Shown: positions 1 through 28,596, counted from the stretch's first letter. The stretch is 64,000 nucleotides of DNA from the human T2T-CHM13v2.0 reference genome, Homo sapiens (GCF_009914755.1 NC_060940.1), one strand, 5' to 3'. The notes: generated by a model from the letters alone, not told the origin. Translations and numbers: made by a program.

Positions 1-172
1 CCTGAGTAGCTGGGATTACAGGCACCTGCCACTATGCCCAGCTAATTATTGTATTTTTAATGGAGACAGGATTTCGCCATGTTGCCCAGGCAGGTCTCAA
101 ACTCCTGACCTCAGGTGAGCCACCTGCCTCAGCCTCCCAGCTGGGATTACAGGTGTGAACCACCGTGCCAGC
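1..172 (-). mobile_element. Alu, partial (cut by window start)
   Basis: Antisense Alu text (cctgagtagctgggattacagg...gtgccagcc). Confidence 0.9.
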
Positions 173-1089
173 CCCATTCTCTCTTTTAATCCTAACACTC
201 ACTCTGGGAGGTCAGTCTGTGTTGCCTAATTATCCTCATTTTATTGAGAAGGAAATTCAAGTTCAAAGAGGCTCCTTGACTTGCCAGCTTGATCCCGTGT
301 CCTCCCAACCAGCCATCGCCTCCTCTTTATAGTTTGTCGGGTGCAGCCTGCATGCTCCAGGCAAGTGACTTCTCAGCACAGCCGCTGGCCTCCGGCTGAG
401 ACCTCTGGCCTCTGTGCAGGGCCAGGGATGTGGGCAGAGTCGCAGGCGGCTGCCAGGAGCCAGACTCTGCCCAGCGCCCTGGGGATCCCCTCTTGCCAGT
501 GCCTGAAATGCCTGCTTCGTCCCTTAGCAACTGCTGGTGGCATCAACAGTAAAGGGCTGTGATCCTGTTTCAGAGCTTCTGAGGTCTTCCAAAGGTGTTT
601 GCTCTTTCTAATCCCAATTAGATACTCCTGAGGCCAATACCAACCTTGTAGGGCACAGGCAGGGGCTGGACCACTCAGCACCCTCCCTACTCCCCAGGCC
701 TTGGCAGGCCCTGCCCTTGCAGCTGGCCCTGAGCTCAGGGCACCCAGAGGGTAGTCTGCTCCTCCCAGGCCTTCTCCTAGGGTGTCAGGGTATGAGGTGT
801 CAGATCTGGGGCACTCCTGACATTCTAATCCACCCGGGATTCCGGCAGATGCCAAGTCTCTGGTATCAGGGGAAATGACCTCAGAGCTTTGGATGTGGCT
901 GGCAGGCCACTGTCCAGACTTAAAGGTCTCCCAGCAGGCACCTGTCATCTGAGCTGGGAGGTCTCTTGTCCCTCCCCTGCCTCAGACCTTCCAGAAGACA
1001 GCTGAGGCTCCTGGGAGAGAAGGTAGACTTCTAGGACAAGATGAGACCTTGGAATTTCAAAGCCCCTTTTATGAATGCTTGGTTCTCTA

Positions 1090-1385
<296 letters not shown>

Positions 1386-1921
1386 AGATATCTATATCTC
1401 TATACATAGATGTATGTAATAAAGGCTGAAAACACAGCTTTCCTCTTGGGCCAGTGGAGGAGAAGTGAACTGCCGTGTACTGCATGGGCTTGGGGGCCCT
1501 GAGGAAGACCCTCTCTTGCTCCCAGGTATTTATCACTACACTGCACAGTGGATGGAAAGTGAAATTAGGACCACTCTTCACGCTGCCACTCGCCGTGGCC
1601 TTCACCTCCTTCCCTTCCCTCAAACCTGTGAGGAGTGCGGAACTGCTCCATCACGTCCATTTTCACACATGAGGAATCCCAGGTTTGGAAAGGTTATTTG
1701 TGATTCATCCCAAGCCAGGGACCAAAACTGGTCAGGGCAGAGCTCAATCCCAAAGGCAGGTTTTCCGTTTCCACCATAACCCAAAGCATTCAAGCCATTC
1801 TCCAGCCATGCTCCTTTCATAAAGGAGTCACACGCACGTAAGCGTGTTCATTTGGAAATTCTTTGATGGAGCTATTTATGTGCCCATTCATCACCAATAT
1901 TTATTTTTTTAATTAATTACT

Positions 1922-2622
<701 letters not shown>

Positions 2623-3339
2623 TTTATTAAGCACGTTCTGTGAGCCCAGCTCTTGGCTGGGGACTGTGGGGACCTCCAAGGTGAAAACGGTCTAGTTCCT
2701 GCTTGAGAAGGAGAAGGAGGTGTGGATTAAGGAGAAAAGGAAGACAGGTCCTGAAGACAGACCTGCAGGGAAAACGATGGGCTGGAGGAGGGGATGGCCA
2801 GCACATCCCAGGGGCACTGTCTGTGGGCTGGGGCTCCAGGGGGCTTCCTGGAGGAGGACTGGGGGAAAAAGGGGCTCTGTTTGGAAGCTGTGATGACCCT
2901 TGAGAGTCTTGATGGACGCAACAGCCAAGAGCCCCCAGCTCCCAGTTGGCAGAGGTGCAGGCTGGGGCTGAGGCTGTGCTCAGAGTCCCCTGGTGCCCAG
3001 AAGGTGTGTGGAGACAGAGCCTGGAGGAAGCTGCAGTGCACACATCCCCTGCTTGGTGGAGAGGAGAACCCATCCTGGGCGTCCCTGGCTCAGCTCTGAA
3101 GACCAGAGCACAGTTGGTGCCCCGTTCAGGGCCCCAGCCAAGCCCCCCGGGGAGGGATAGCCCTTCAGAAGCCCTTTCCTTCCCTGCAGGCACATGTGGG
3201 TGCTTTTCCCAAAAGCCGGGGTAGAACCACCTCTCTCTTTGGAGAAAGTTCTTCCATGGTAACTGCTAACACAGCAGGGCTCAGGGATCAGCGGACCCTC
3301 GACAAAAGTGAAGTAAGGTCACAGAGTACAGCAGGGTTA

Positions 3340-3470
3340 AGCCCCCTGTGGACCAGGCTGGCCCTGCCACTTACCAGCTTTGGGGATTTTGGGCAAATCA
3401 CTTAATGCTCTGAATTTCAGTTTCTCCTCTGTAAAGTACAGTTGTGTCTGCCTTATAGGGTGGTTGTGAG
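3340..3470. mobile_element. MIR fragment
   Basis: Core-like ttgggcaaatcacttaatgctctgaatttcagtttctcctctgtaaa. Confidence 0.7.
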
Positions 3471-4117
<647 letters not shown>

Positions 4118-4702
4118 CCAGATAACTTATTCAAATGAAAGGATAAATCATCAAATGAGAATGATGTATGTGCTTGAATAGTCACTGGAACATTTTTATA
4201 AAAGCAAAAAGCTAGAAACAACCTAAATGTCCTTTAAAAGGGGATTGTTAAGTAAAATACTGTAAAGTTATAAAATAGATTATTACATAGCTGTTAAAGG
4301 AGATACGGTGGATTTAAACATGCTGATGATAAGGGGAAAAGTCCATGAAAAAATTCAAAAAACAAGTCGGGGTATGTGATCTTATTTTTGAGTAACAGAG
4401 TCTTCTGGCTGAGCCCTAACTTGGATTTTGATTTTGACTCTATACAACTGGTTTTCTGGAATTTGTAGGAGTTGAAATGTTTGACAGACTATTTTGTAAA
4501 TATGCACGAGGTTTCTGCTGAAAACTCTAGCACAGTGTTGAGAAGATGGTGGAGATTTGTAAGCAGGGCTAGGACCCCAGCCTGTGTAAGAAAGGGACAA
4601 AGGTAAGATTTTTTTTGGTTATTTGTGCATCTATAAGTGTATTTTTAGATTTACCAAAGACTGGTGTGTATAAGCTACATTCATTAAAAAAAAGCTTATT
4701 TA

Positions 4703-4856
4703 GGCCGGGTGCAGTGGCTCACACCTGTAATCTCAGCACTTTGGAAGGCCAAGGTGAGAGGATTGCTTGAGTCCAGGGGTTCAAAAGCAGCCTGGGCAAC
4801 TTAGTGAGACCCCATCTGTACAAAAAAAACAAAAACAAAAACAAGCAACAAAAAAC
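4703..4856 (+). mobile_element. Alu left monomer / FLAM
   Basis: Single monomer with A-rich tail; gcttattta flanks both sides. Confidence 0.8.
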
Positions 4857-5207
4857 CCCACGCTTATTTATTGAACATAAACATAGAGAAGGCATAACTT
4901 GATGAGTTTTCTCAAAGCGAGCACCCTCATGTGATGCCCAGTCAGATGCACAAATTTGTGGGAGCCCAGAAGCTGGTCTCTTGCACCCTCAGCCACTTTT
5001 CTTCTCAGGGGACCACTCTTCTGACTTCCGACACCAGAAATGAGTTTGATTTTGTTTGAACTTTACATCAGTGGAACCATAAAGCATGGCCTCTTTTATG
5101 TTTAGCTTCTTTCACTCAACATTATGAAATGCAGCTGGGTGTACTAGCTGTCCCTCATATTCCTTTCTGCATAGTATTTTATTGTACGAATATACACACA
5201 TTGTTGA

Positions 5208-5774
<567 letters not shown>

Positions 5775-6637
5775 TGACGTGTCATGTCAATTTTGAGTAT
5801 ACTGGTGGGTGGATATCTCACTGTGGTTTTAACTTGTGATTCACTGATGACTAATGAGGATTAACACTTTTTAAACAAGTTTCTTGGCCATTTGTCTGGA
5901 ACATCCTTTGTGTTCTAGACATTTGCTTTTTTTCTGTTGAGTTGTTAATCTTTTTCTTATGAATTTGCAGTTCTTTATGCATTTTGGATATTAGATCTTT
6001 GTCAGTTATATGTATTGCAAAAATATTTTTAAAAATATTTATTTATCTATTTGTAGAGAAAGGGTCTTGCTATGCTGTCCAGGCTGGTCTTAAACTCCTG
6101 GGCTCAAGCGATCCCTCTGCCTTGGCCTCTGAAAGTGTTGGGATGATAGGCATGAGCCACCATACCCAGATGCAAGAAATCTTTTCCCATTCCAATAGCT
6201 TTCCTTTTTACTCTCTTAATAGTTTGTTTGATAAACAGATACTCTTTAATATAGTCCAATTTATCTACTTTTCTTTTATGATTTGTGCTTCTTCGTGTCC
6301 TGCTTAATACATTTTGCCTAAAATAAGGACATAAATATATTTTTCTACGCCAGTTTCTAAAAGCTTTATTGTTTCACCTTTCACATTCAGCGCCTATCTG
6401 GATTTGATTTTTGTGTATGGTATGAGATAAGAGTCAAGATTCACTCTTTTTCCTCCTATATGGTTATTCAGCTGACCCAGCACCACTAATAGAAAAGACC
6501 CACCTCTTCCCCGCTGTGCTAACGTGTTATTTTTTGTCTTGTCTGTATATGTGTGTGCTGTTTCTGGACACTCTGTTATTTCACATTGGCCTGTTTGCCT
6601 GTCTTTGCATTAATACTGGGCTATTTTAGTTATTGCC

Positions 6638-6950
6638 CAGTAGTACCCCCTTGTCTACAGTTCCTCTTTCCATGGTTTATGTTACTCAAGGTACAGAACA
6701 ATGATATATTTTGAGAAGGAGAGACCACATTCGCATAACTTTCATTCCTATATATTGTTATAATTGTTCTATTTTATTATTAGTTTTTGTTGTTAATCTC
6801 TTAATGGGACCAATTTGTAAGTCAATTTTATTATAGGTATATAACAGAAAAAAAAAACCATAGTATATATAGGTTTTGCTATTATCTGTGATTTCAGGCA
6901 TCCACCAGGGGTCTTGAAACATAACCCTCACAGATAAGAAGAAACTACTA
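6638..6950 (+). mobile_element. MER44A (Tigger/TcMar DNA transposon derivative)
   Basis: cagtagtaccccc...gagagaccacattcgcataac...cagataagaagaaactacta resembles the remembered MER44A consensus, with TIR ends. Confidence 0.75.
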
Positions 6951-7302
6951 TGGTCCAAATCCTTCAACTTTGTTTTTATTTTTCAAGACTTTCCTAACTA
7001 TTCTTGGCCCTTTGTATTTTCACATAAATTCCAGAATTGGTTTGTCCATTTCAACCTCCCTCATTCCCTTTCCCCTATACCCCTGCCACCACAAAAATCC
7101 GCTGGGATTTTAATTGTGATTGCTTTGAATCTATAGATCAAGTTAGGGAGAAGTGATATCTTAACAATACTATTTCTTTTCTTTCTTTTTTCTGAAACAG
7201 AGTCTCATTCTGTTGCCCAGGCTGGAGTGCAGTGGTACAACCCTGTCTCACTGCAACCTCTACCTGCTGGGTTCAAGCGATTCTCCTACCTCAGCCTCCT
7301 GA

Positions 7303-7470
<168 letters not shown>

Positions 7471-7724
7471 TAGCCAATACTGAGTATTTCGATCCTGAAC
7501 ATATCCTGAAATTATATCCTTTCATTTTTTACGATCTTTTATAATCCTCCATAAAGTTGTATAATTTTTTGTGTAGAGGCTCTGTACAGTTTTGTTTCGT
7601 TCATCCCTGTATATTTATGTCCTTGATGCTACTGTATATGATATTTAATTTTTTTCAATTTCTAATTAGATAGAAATACAATGAATTTTTAAAAATTTTG
7701 ACTTTGTATCTACTGACTTGTTAA

Positions 7725-7998
<274 letters not shown>

Positions 7999-8144
7999 TA
8001 AAGTGCTGGGATTACAGGCATGGGCCACTGTACCCAGTCATGGTAGCAGTTTATCTGTAGATTTGTTTAGACTTTCCAGGTCTATAATAATGTCATTTGT
8101 GTATTATAGCAATTTTAATTTCTCCCTTACTGATTCTTTTTTAA

Positions 8145-8354
<210 letters not shown>

Positions 8355-9030
8355 TGATTCTCAGACATTTTATTTATCCTCTCCCTCCCCCTGTACATCT
8401 TCTCTTCCTCCTCCTCCTTTCTTTTTCTTCCTCTTTTTCTTGTTTGTAATTGTTTCACTGGCTAAGACCTCTACTACCATGTTAAAAAGAAGTGGTGACA
8501 ATGGTCATCATTGTTCTAAACTCAGTGGAATGCTTTCAATATTTCACCATTAAGTATGATGTTTGCTGTAGAATTTTAAAATTTGAAGTGAAATTCACCT
8601 AGCATAACATTTAGGGCACTTGGTTATTCACAACACTGTGCAGTCACTACCTCTGTCTGGTCCAAAACATTTCTGTCATTCCAAAATAAACTCTGTTCCT
8701 ATTCAGCAATTACTCCCCATTCCCCCAAACCTCCCACCTCTGGCCACCACCAATCTGCATTCTGTTTCTATGGATTTACGTGTTCTGGATATTTCATATA
8801 AGTAAACTCATACATCTCTGGTCTTTTGTGTCTGACTTCTCTTACTTAGCATACTGTTTTCAAGATTCACTCATGTCGTAGCACAAATCAGTACTTCATT
8901 CCTTTTTATGGCAGAATAATATTCCACCGTGTGTATGTACCACATTTGTTTATCCATTCAGATGTTGCTGGACATTGGATTGGTTTTGTCTTTTGGCACT
9001 GCAAATAGTGTCACTATGAACACTCATGTA

Positions 9031-9930
9031 CAGCAGTTTCTCCCTCCCGTCATCTATGGTTTTGTTTTCCATTGTTTCAATCACCCACCGTCCAAAAATA
9101 TTAAATTAAAAATTCCAGAAATAAACAATTCATAAGTTTTGTTTTTTTGAGAGACAGAGTCTTACTTTGTCATCCAGGCTGGAGTGCAGTGGCATGATAG
9201 CTGACTGCAACCTCTGCCTCCCAGGTTCAAGTGATTCTTGTGCCTCAGCCTCCAGAGTAGCTGGGATTACAGGCGTCTGCCACCATGCCCAGCTAATTTT
9301 TTTTAAATATATTTTTAGTAGAGACGGGGTTTTACCATGTTGGTCAGGCTGGTCTCGAACTCTCGACCTCAGGGCATCCGCCCGCCTCAGCCTCCCAGTG
9401 TGCTGGGATTACAGGCATGAGCCACTAGGCTCAACCAACAATTCATAATTTTTAAATTGTGTGCTGTTCTGAGTAGGATAATGAAATCTTGTGCTGTCTG
9501 GCTCTGTCCCATCCGGGATATGAATCATTCCTTTGTTCAGCTTATCCACGCTATATTACTACCTGCCCATTAGTTATCAACATCATCTTGTTTGCTCCTG
9601 ACATCCAACCATCAACATCATCACGGCTTGATTATCCAGGATCGCCCAAATCATATGATCCTCCTCACACATAGTCAGAAGGTCAATAGCAGCCTAATGA
9701 TACATCGCAATGCCTGTCATTCACCTCTCCTCATTTCATCACGTAGGCATTTTAGCCTTTCACATCATAAGAAGTAGAAGGGTGAGCACAACACAGTAAG
9801 ATATTATGGGGGTGGAGGGAGAAGTCAAAAAAAAAACCTGTAGTGTGTATGGGATTTGGTACAATCCGAGGTTTGAGGCATCCACCGGAAACCTTGGAAA
9901 GTATCCCCTGCAGATAAGGGCAGACTACTG
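9031..9930 (+). mobile_element. Longer MER44-family (Tigger7-derived) element with an Alu inserted at about 9136-9436
   Basis: TA-flanked, ends cagataagggcagactactg; aacaattcataa duplicated around the Alu. Confidence 0.72.
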
Positions 9931-10465
9931 TATGAGGATTTTTTTTTTGAGCTCATTTTAAATTCTTTTAGGTGTGTATCTAGAGGTGGACTTGCTGGGT
10001 CATATGATAATTCTATGTTTAACTTTTTGAGGAACCACCAAACTGTTAAAAAACAACCTGAACCATTTTACATTCCTACCAGAAATACATGAGGGTTTGA
10101 ATTTCTCCACATTCTCACCAACACTTGCTATCTTCCACTTTAAAAAATTTTAGCCATCCTCTTGAATAGATTCTTTATCAAATTAAGAAAGTTTTCTTCT
10201 GGGACAGCATTACTTTGTAATATTCTTGACAAAACTGCATAATCTCAATCTAGCTATGGGAAAACATCAGAGAAATTTGCACTGAGATATTTCACAAAAC
10301 AAAGTACTCTTCAAAAAGTGTTTAGGTCATAAAGACAAAGAAAGACTGAGGAACTGTTCCAGATTGGAGGAAAGTAAGTAGACATGACAATTAAATGCTA
10401 GATGGGATCTTGGACTGGATCCTGGGTCAGAAAGGAACATTAATGGAAAATCTAGCAAACTTTTA

Positions 10466-10850
<385 letters not shown>

Positions 10851-10852
10851 GG

Positions 10853-13093
10853 TGTTCTTTTACATTTGCTGAGGAGTGCTTTACTTCCAACTATGTGGTC
10901 AATTTTGGAATAAGTGCATGTGGTGCTGAGAAGAATGTATATTCTGTTGATTTGGGGTGGAGGATTCTGTAGATGTCTATTAGGTTCACTTGGTGCAGAG
11001 CTGAGTTCAATTCCTGGATATCCTTGTTAACTTTCTGTCTCGTTGATCTGTCTAATGTTGACAGTGGAGTGTTAAAATCTCCCACTATTATTGTGTGGGA
11101 GTCTAAGTCTCTTTGTAGATCTCTAAGGACTTGCTTTATGAATCTGGATGCTCCTGTATTGGGCGCACATATATTTAAGAGAGTTATCTCTTCATGTTGA
11201 ATTGATCCCTTTACCGTTATGTAATGGCCTTCTTTGTCTCTTTTGATCTTTGTTGGTTTAAAGTGTGTTTTATCAGAGACTAGGATTGCAACCCCTGCCT
11301 TTTTTTGTTTTCCATTTGCTTGGTAGATCTTCCTCCATCCCTTTATTTTGAGCCTATGAGTGTGTGTGCACGTGAGATGGGTCTCCTGAATACAGCACAC
11401 TGATGGGTCTTGACTCTTTATCCAATTTGCCAGTCTGTGTCTTTTAATTGGATCATTTAGCCCATTTACATTTAAGGTTAATATTATTATGTGTGAATTT
11501 CATCCTGTCATTATGATGTTCACTGGTTATTTTGCTCATTAGTTGATGCAGTTTCTTCCTAGCGTCAATGGTCTTTACAATTTGGCATGTTTTTACAGTG
11601 TCTGGTACAAGTTGTTCCTTTCCATGTTTAGTGCTTCCTTCAGGAGCTCTTTTAGGGAAGGCCTGGTGGTGACAAAATCTCTCAGCATTTGCTTGTCTGT
11701 AAAGGATTTTATTTCTCCTTCACTTATGAAGCTTAGTTTGGCTGGATATAAAATTATGGGTTGAAAATTCTGTTCTTTAAGAATGTTGAATATTGTCCCC
11801 ACTCTCTTCTGACTTGTAGAGTTTCTGCCGAGAGATCCACTGTTAGTCTGATGGGTTTCCCTTTGTGGGTAACCCGACCTTTCTCTCTGGCTGCCCTTAA
11901 CATTTTTTACTTCATTTCAACTTTGGTGAATCTGACAATTATGTGCCTTGGAGTTGCTCTTCTCGAGGAGTATCTTTGTGGCATTCTCTGTATTTCCTGA
12001 ATTTGAATGTTGGCCTGCCTTGCTAGGTTGGGGAAGTTCTCCTGGATTATATCCCGAATAGTGTTTCCCAACTTGGTTCCATTCTCCCCATCACTTTCAG
12101 GTACACCAATCAGACGTAGATTTGGTCTTTTCACATAGTCCCATATTTCTTGGAGGCTTTATTCATTTCTTTTTACTCTTTTTTCTCTAAACTTCTCTTC
12201 TCACTTCATTTCATTCATTTGATCTTCCATCACTGATATCCTTTCTTCCAGCTGATGGAATTGGCTACTGAAGCTTGTGCATTTGTCACGTATTTCTCGT
12301 GCCATGGTTTTCAGCTCCATCAGGTCATTTGAGGACTTCTCTACACTGGTTATTCTAGTTAGCCATTCGTCTAATCTTTTTTCAAGGGTTTTAGCTTCTT
12401 TGCGTTGGGTTCGAATTTCCTCCTTTAGCTTGGAGAAATTTGATCGTCTGAAGCCTTCTTCTCTCAACTCGTCAAAGTCATTCTCTGTCCAGCTTTGTTC
12501 CATTGCTGGCGAGGAGCTGCATTCCTTTGGAGGGGGGAGAGGTGCTCTGATTTTTAGAATTTTCAGCTTTTCTGCTCTGTTTTTTCCCCATCTTTGTGGT
12601 TTTATCTACCTTTGGTCTTTGATGATGGTGACATACAGATGGGGTTTTGGTGTGGATGTCCTTTCTGTTTGTTAGTTTTCCTTCTAACAGTCAGGACCCC
12701 TCAGCTGCAGGTCTGTTGGTGTTTGCTGGAGGTCCACTCCAGACCCTGCTTGCCTGGGTATCAGCAGCAGAGGCTGCAGAACAGTGAATGTTGCTGAACA
12801 GCAAATCTTGCTGCCTGATCATTCCTCTGGAAGCTTCGTCTCAGAGGGGTACCCGTCTGTGTGAGGTGTCAGTCTGCCCCTACTGGGGGGTGTCTCCCAG
12901 TTAGGCTACTCGGGGGTCAGGGACCCACTTGAGGAGGCAGTCTGTTCATTCTCAGATCTCAAACTCTGTGCTGGGAGAACCACTACTCTCTTGAAAGCTC
13001 AGTTGGAAATGCAGAAATCACCCATCTTCTGTGTCGCTCCACTGGGAGCTGTAGACTGGAGCTGTTTCTATTCGGCCATCTTGGAACACCCCC
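10853..13093 (-). mobile_element. Primate L1PA 5' portion: spliced 5'UTR, disrupted ORF1 (12591->11575) and ORF2 endonuclease domain (from 11511); 3'-truncated
   Basis: 5' end GGGGGTGTTCCAAGATGGCCGAATAG; ORF-track peptides match ORF1p (KRPNLRLIGVPESDGENG) and ORF2p EN (CCIQETHL, GDFNTPLS); ORF2 codon 4 is TGA. Confidence 0.95.
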
Positions 13094-13716
<623 letters not shown>

Positions 13717-13733
13717 TTAATTTACTATTTTCT

Positions 13734-19299
<5,566 letters not shown>

Positions 19300-19435
19300 A
19301 CATGTGTTATTTTGAAGTGTATTGTTTAATCTCCAAGTATTTTCAGATTTTCCAGCTATTTTTCTGTTACTGACTTTTAGTTTAATTCCACTGTAGTCTG
19401 AGGACAGAAATATGATTTCCATAGTTTTAAATGTT

Positions 19436-19739
<304 letters not shown>

Positions 19740-19752
19740 TTAAGGTGGTTTT

Positions 19753-21633
<1,881 letters not shown>

Positions 21634-22151
21634 AACATTTTTATTTTTAATTTTTTAAAATTATTATTACTATTTTACTATTTTTAAAAATTTTTCCTGT
21701 TCACTTAGAGGGAATGGAAGGTGGTTTTCTTTTTTAATAGCCCAGAAGTTGTCTATCTTGGTGAATGTTCCACATGAGCTTGAGAAGAGAAGAATGTGTA
21801 TTCTACTGTTGCTGAATGAAGCTGTCTATAAGTAGCCATCGTACCTCATTGATTGGTGGTGGTGGTGAGTTTACCTAAGTCCTTACTGCTTTTTTGGCTG
21901 CTGGATCTGTCCCATTATGAAAAGGGAGGTTGGAGTCTCTAACTATAATAGTGGATTTATGTATTTCTCCTTGTGGTTCTATCAGTTTTTGCCTCATGTA
22001 CCACTGTGACCAGCTATACCATTGACTTTCAAACTGATTATTTATATAATTGATTATTATCTACTATATTTGTTACTGTTTTCTATTTGTTGTTCTCGTT
22101 CTTCATTCCTAATTTTGCCTTTCACTCTTTTTCTGCCTTTTGTGGTTTTAA

Positions 22152-22643
<492 letters not shown>

Positions 22644-23191
22644 ACTTTTTAAACTTTTTTTAATGGTTGCCCTAGAGTTTGCAATATACATTTATAATTA
22701 AATATAGTCCTCTTTCAAATAACACTGTGTCTTTTCAAGGGTTGTGCAAATACCTTACAATAAAACATTCCTAATTTGTCTCTCCTGTTTCTTGTATCAT
22801 TGTTCTATTCATTTCATTGTATACATAAGCATACACACACATACACACACACACACAAGTGTAATCATACATAACTGAATACATTGTTGTTATTTTGAAC
22901 AAACGGTTATCTGTTAGATAAATTAAGATTAAGAAAAATGAAAGTTTTTCTTTTACCTCCACTTATTCATTCTCTGGTCCTCTTCCTTTCTTTATATGAA
23001 TCTGAGTTTCCGACCTACATTATTTTTGTTCTCTTTGAAGAAGTTATGTTAACATTTCTTGCAAGACAGTTCTAATGGCAACAAATTCTCTTCCAAATTT
23101 CTTTCCTCCTCCGCCTCCCAAAGCACAAGGAGATTTTTCTCAGAAATTCACTGTGAGAACTGCAAGGTAAATCTCACAAAAACATGGGGGC

Positions 23192-23651
23192 CCCATCAAT
23201 GACAGATTGGATAAAGAAAATGTGGTACAGATACACCATGGAATATTATACAGCCATAAAAAAGAATGAGATGGTGTCTTTGGGGGAACATGGGTACAGC
23301 TGGAAGCCATTAGCCTTAGCAAACTAACACAGGAACAGAAAACCAAATACTGAATGTTCTCACTTAGAAGTGGAAGCTGAATGATGAGAACATGTGGACA
23401 TAAAGAAGGGAACAGCAGACACTTGGGCCTACCTGAGGATGTAGAACGGGAGGAGGGAGAGAATCAGAGAAAAGAATTATTGGGTACTAGGCTTAGTACT
23501 TGGGTGATGAAATAATCTACACAACAAACTCCTCTGACATGAGTTTACCTATATAACAAACCTGCACATGTACCCTTGAACATAAAAGTTTAAATAATTA
23601 AAAAATATATTAAACAATACATAAATAAATGATTTCAGACACTCAAAAAAA
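23192..23651 (+). mobile_element. Older L1PA 3' end
   Basis: aagaaaatgtggtac...aacctgcacatgtaccc; flanks aaaacatgggggcc / aaaatgtgggggcc. Confidence 0.85.
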
Positions 23652-24247
23652 ATGTGGGGGCCTTCTGACGCCTAGGGCCTCCTGATATTTTATCTACTGG
23701 ACTTGTCCACATTGAGCTTCCAGCAATTCGTCAGTTACAGATTAGGTTTCCCTACCTCAGTTCTGGTTCCCACCGAGGTTTCAGCCTGTGGGTTTCTGCT
23801 CCAGTAAATTGTGATTCTCTGAGAGGCTTCTAGTTTTCAAGGCTACCGTGGATCTGGGAAAGGGTATGGAAACAGAAAAGGCTAAAATGCACAAAACTCA
23901 CTCTTCTTTCTGAGATGCAACTTTGCTTCTTGACTAGAATCTCCTTCGTTGTTGAAACCTGGTGGTTAATTTCCAAAGCCTAGAAAAGATTTTTTTTTGT
24001 CCTTTGTTGCCAATGTCCTTATGGCTTTCATGGAAAACTGAATTTTTGGAAGTCCTTACTGCACCATTTTAGAATTACTTCTCTCTATCCTGCATTTTAA
24101 TTCTACATATACTTTAAACACCAAGAAACATTATTATTTTATACAGTCAGTATCTATTTACAATTAATCATATACTTACCTTTCTGCTGTTTGTCATTCT
24201 TTCTTGCATTCTTGTACCTTTGTGTTCAATAATTTCCCTTCTGTTGA

Positions 24248-24971
<724 letters not shown>

Positions 24972-25046
24972 TCATTTTACCTTCATTTCTGAAAGAACTT
25001 TTAATTGAGAATAGAATTCTAGGTGGGCTATTGTTTTGCTTGAGTT

Positions 25047-26041
<995 letters not shown>

Positions 26042-27761
26042 AGCTCCACAAATATTCCATTGGATTATTCTCTAGGCTTCCAAACTTTCTGCTGAATAAC
26101 TGTTAGTTAATTATTATTCTTTTGAAAATGATATGTCCTTTTATTCTGTGGTCGCTTTTATGAAGTTTTATTTGTCTTTCATTTTCTGCAGTTTTAGTAT
26201 GACTAGTTGTGTCAGATTTTTTAGTATTCATTCTTGTTGACATTCATGGGGTTTCTTGGGTCTGTGACTTGATATCTTTTATCACTTGGCAGTAGGCTCG
26301 TCAAACATTGCCCATTTCCTATTCTTTTTCTCTCCTGAAATCCCAATTACATGTATGTTTGACCTTTTCACCATGTCCCATGTGTTACCTAAGTTTTTTA
26401 CTGAATGCTGGGCATTGTGTATACAAAATTATGGAGATAATTTGAGGCTCTCATGATGTTACTTTTCTCCAGGAGGATTACTTTTGATTCTGGCAAGCAG
26501 TTCGAATAAATACAGATTACCCTAATCCAGTCTGAGCCTGATTTGGTTTGAAATCAAATTTTAGTCTTTAGAAGGATCAGGTTATTTTCATTTTAACTTT
26601 ATTCCTAGGGTGTAGGTCTTCTGGGATCCTAATTGAAGCTATGGGGTCTTTATTCCTTCACAGTGAACCCTGAACTTCAAGTTTTGTCTCGTTAGTGATG
26701 CGAGACTGCTGAGAATACTGCTCAGCTTTCAAGCTGCCAGGCTCAATGCTACATATGCATCAGCTAAGACCCCAAGGGGAGTGCTTCTGAGCCTCTTAGC
26801 TTAGCCCCATGGCGCTTATGAATTGGCTAATGGTTCAATGGGGAGCCAGGCATCATGCCAGCCTCACTTCAATGCACCTCCTTTTTCTCAGAGATTTTGG
26901 TTTTTTAGGTAACTGTTATCTGCAAATAAGCAAACAAAAACAAGTAAATAAACTTTTTATTTTGGAATAAAAGTTGCAAAATAGGATAGAGGTCCCATAC
27001 ATCCTTCATCCAGTTTTCCCTCATTGTTAACATCTTGCCTTGCTAGCTGTGTTACATTTAGGAAAAATGAAGTTAACATTGACACAGTGCTATTAGCTGA
27101 ACTGTAGACTTCATTCAGATTTCACCAGGTTTTTCATGATGTCCTTTTTCTGTTCCAATGTAAAATCCAGGGTATCACATTATGTTTATCTGCCATATCT
27201 CCTTAGTATCTTATGGTCTGTAACAGTTGTTATCAGTCTTTTTGTTTTGTTGTTTATGACCTTGAGAGTTTTGAGAAGTACTGGTTAGGTATTTTGTAGA
27301 ATGTCCCTCAGTTTGGGCTTGCCCGATGTTTTCTCATGATTAGACAGGATCACGGGTTTGGGAGAAAAATGACAGAGATGCTAAGTACTCTATGGATTGC
27401 ATCATGTCAGGGAGTACATGATGTAAACATGACTTTTTACTAATGGTTTCAACTTTGATCACTTAGTTGTGAAAGCTGATTACACAAGTTGGGTCATTCT
27501 TGTCATACACAACTAAATCAGAGTTGAGGGGCTGTGGGAAAAAGCACTTGAGGCACATAGCATTGCTCCAAGAATTGAATTATCTGAAAGCCCAGCTGCT
27601 AAAACTACCTGTAACCTGAAGACCAATTTTACCTAGGAGCTGCTGAAATGACCTGCTGTGACTATAAGACTAGTTTTACCCATGGTGTCACTCTCTAGTG
27701 CTTGCCAGCTACCCAGAGCTTCTCTAGTGCCAGTGAGCTTTCTTTCAAAACAGTACATACA

Positions 27762-28596
<835 letters not shown>

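Noticed and set aside
22760-23090. Inverted similarity to about 62360-62990
   Set aside because: Both are diverged copies of the same old L1M family, not a local duplication.
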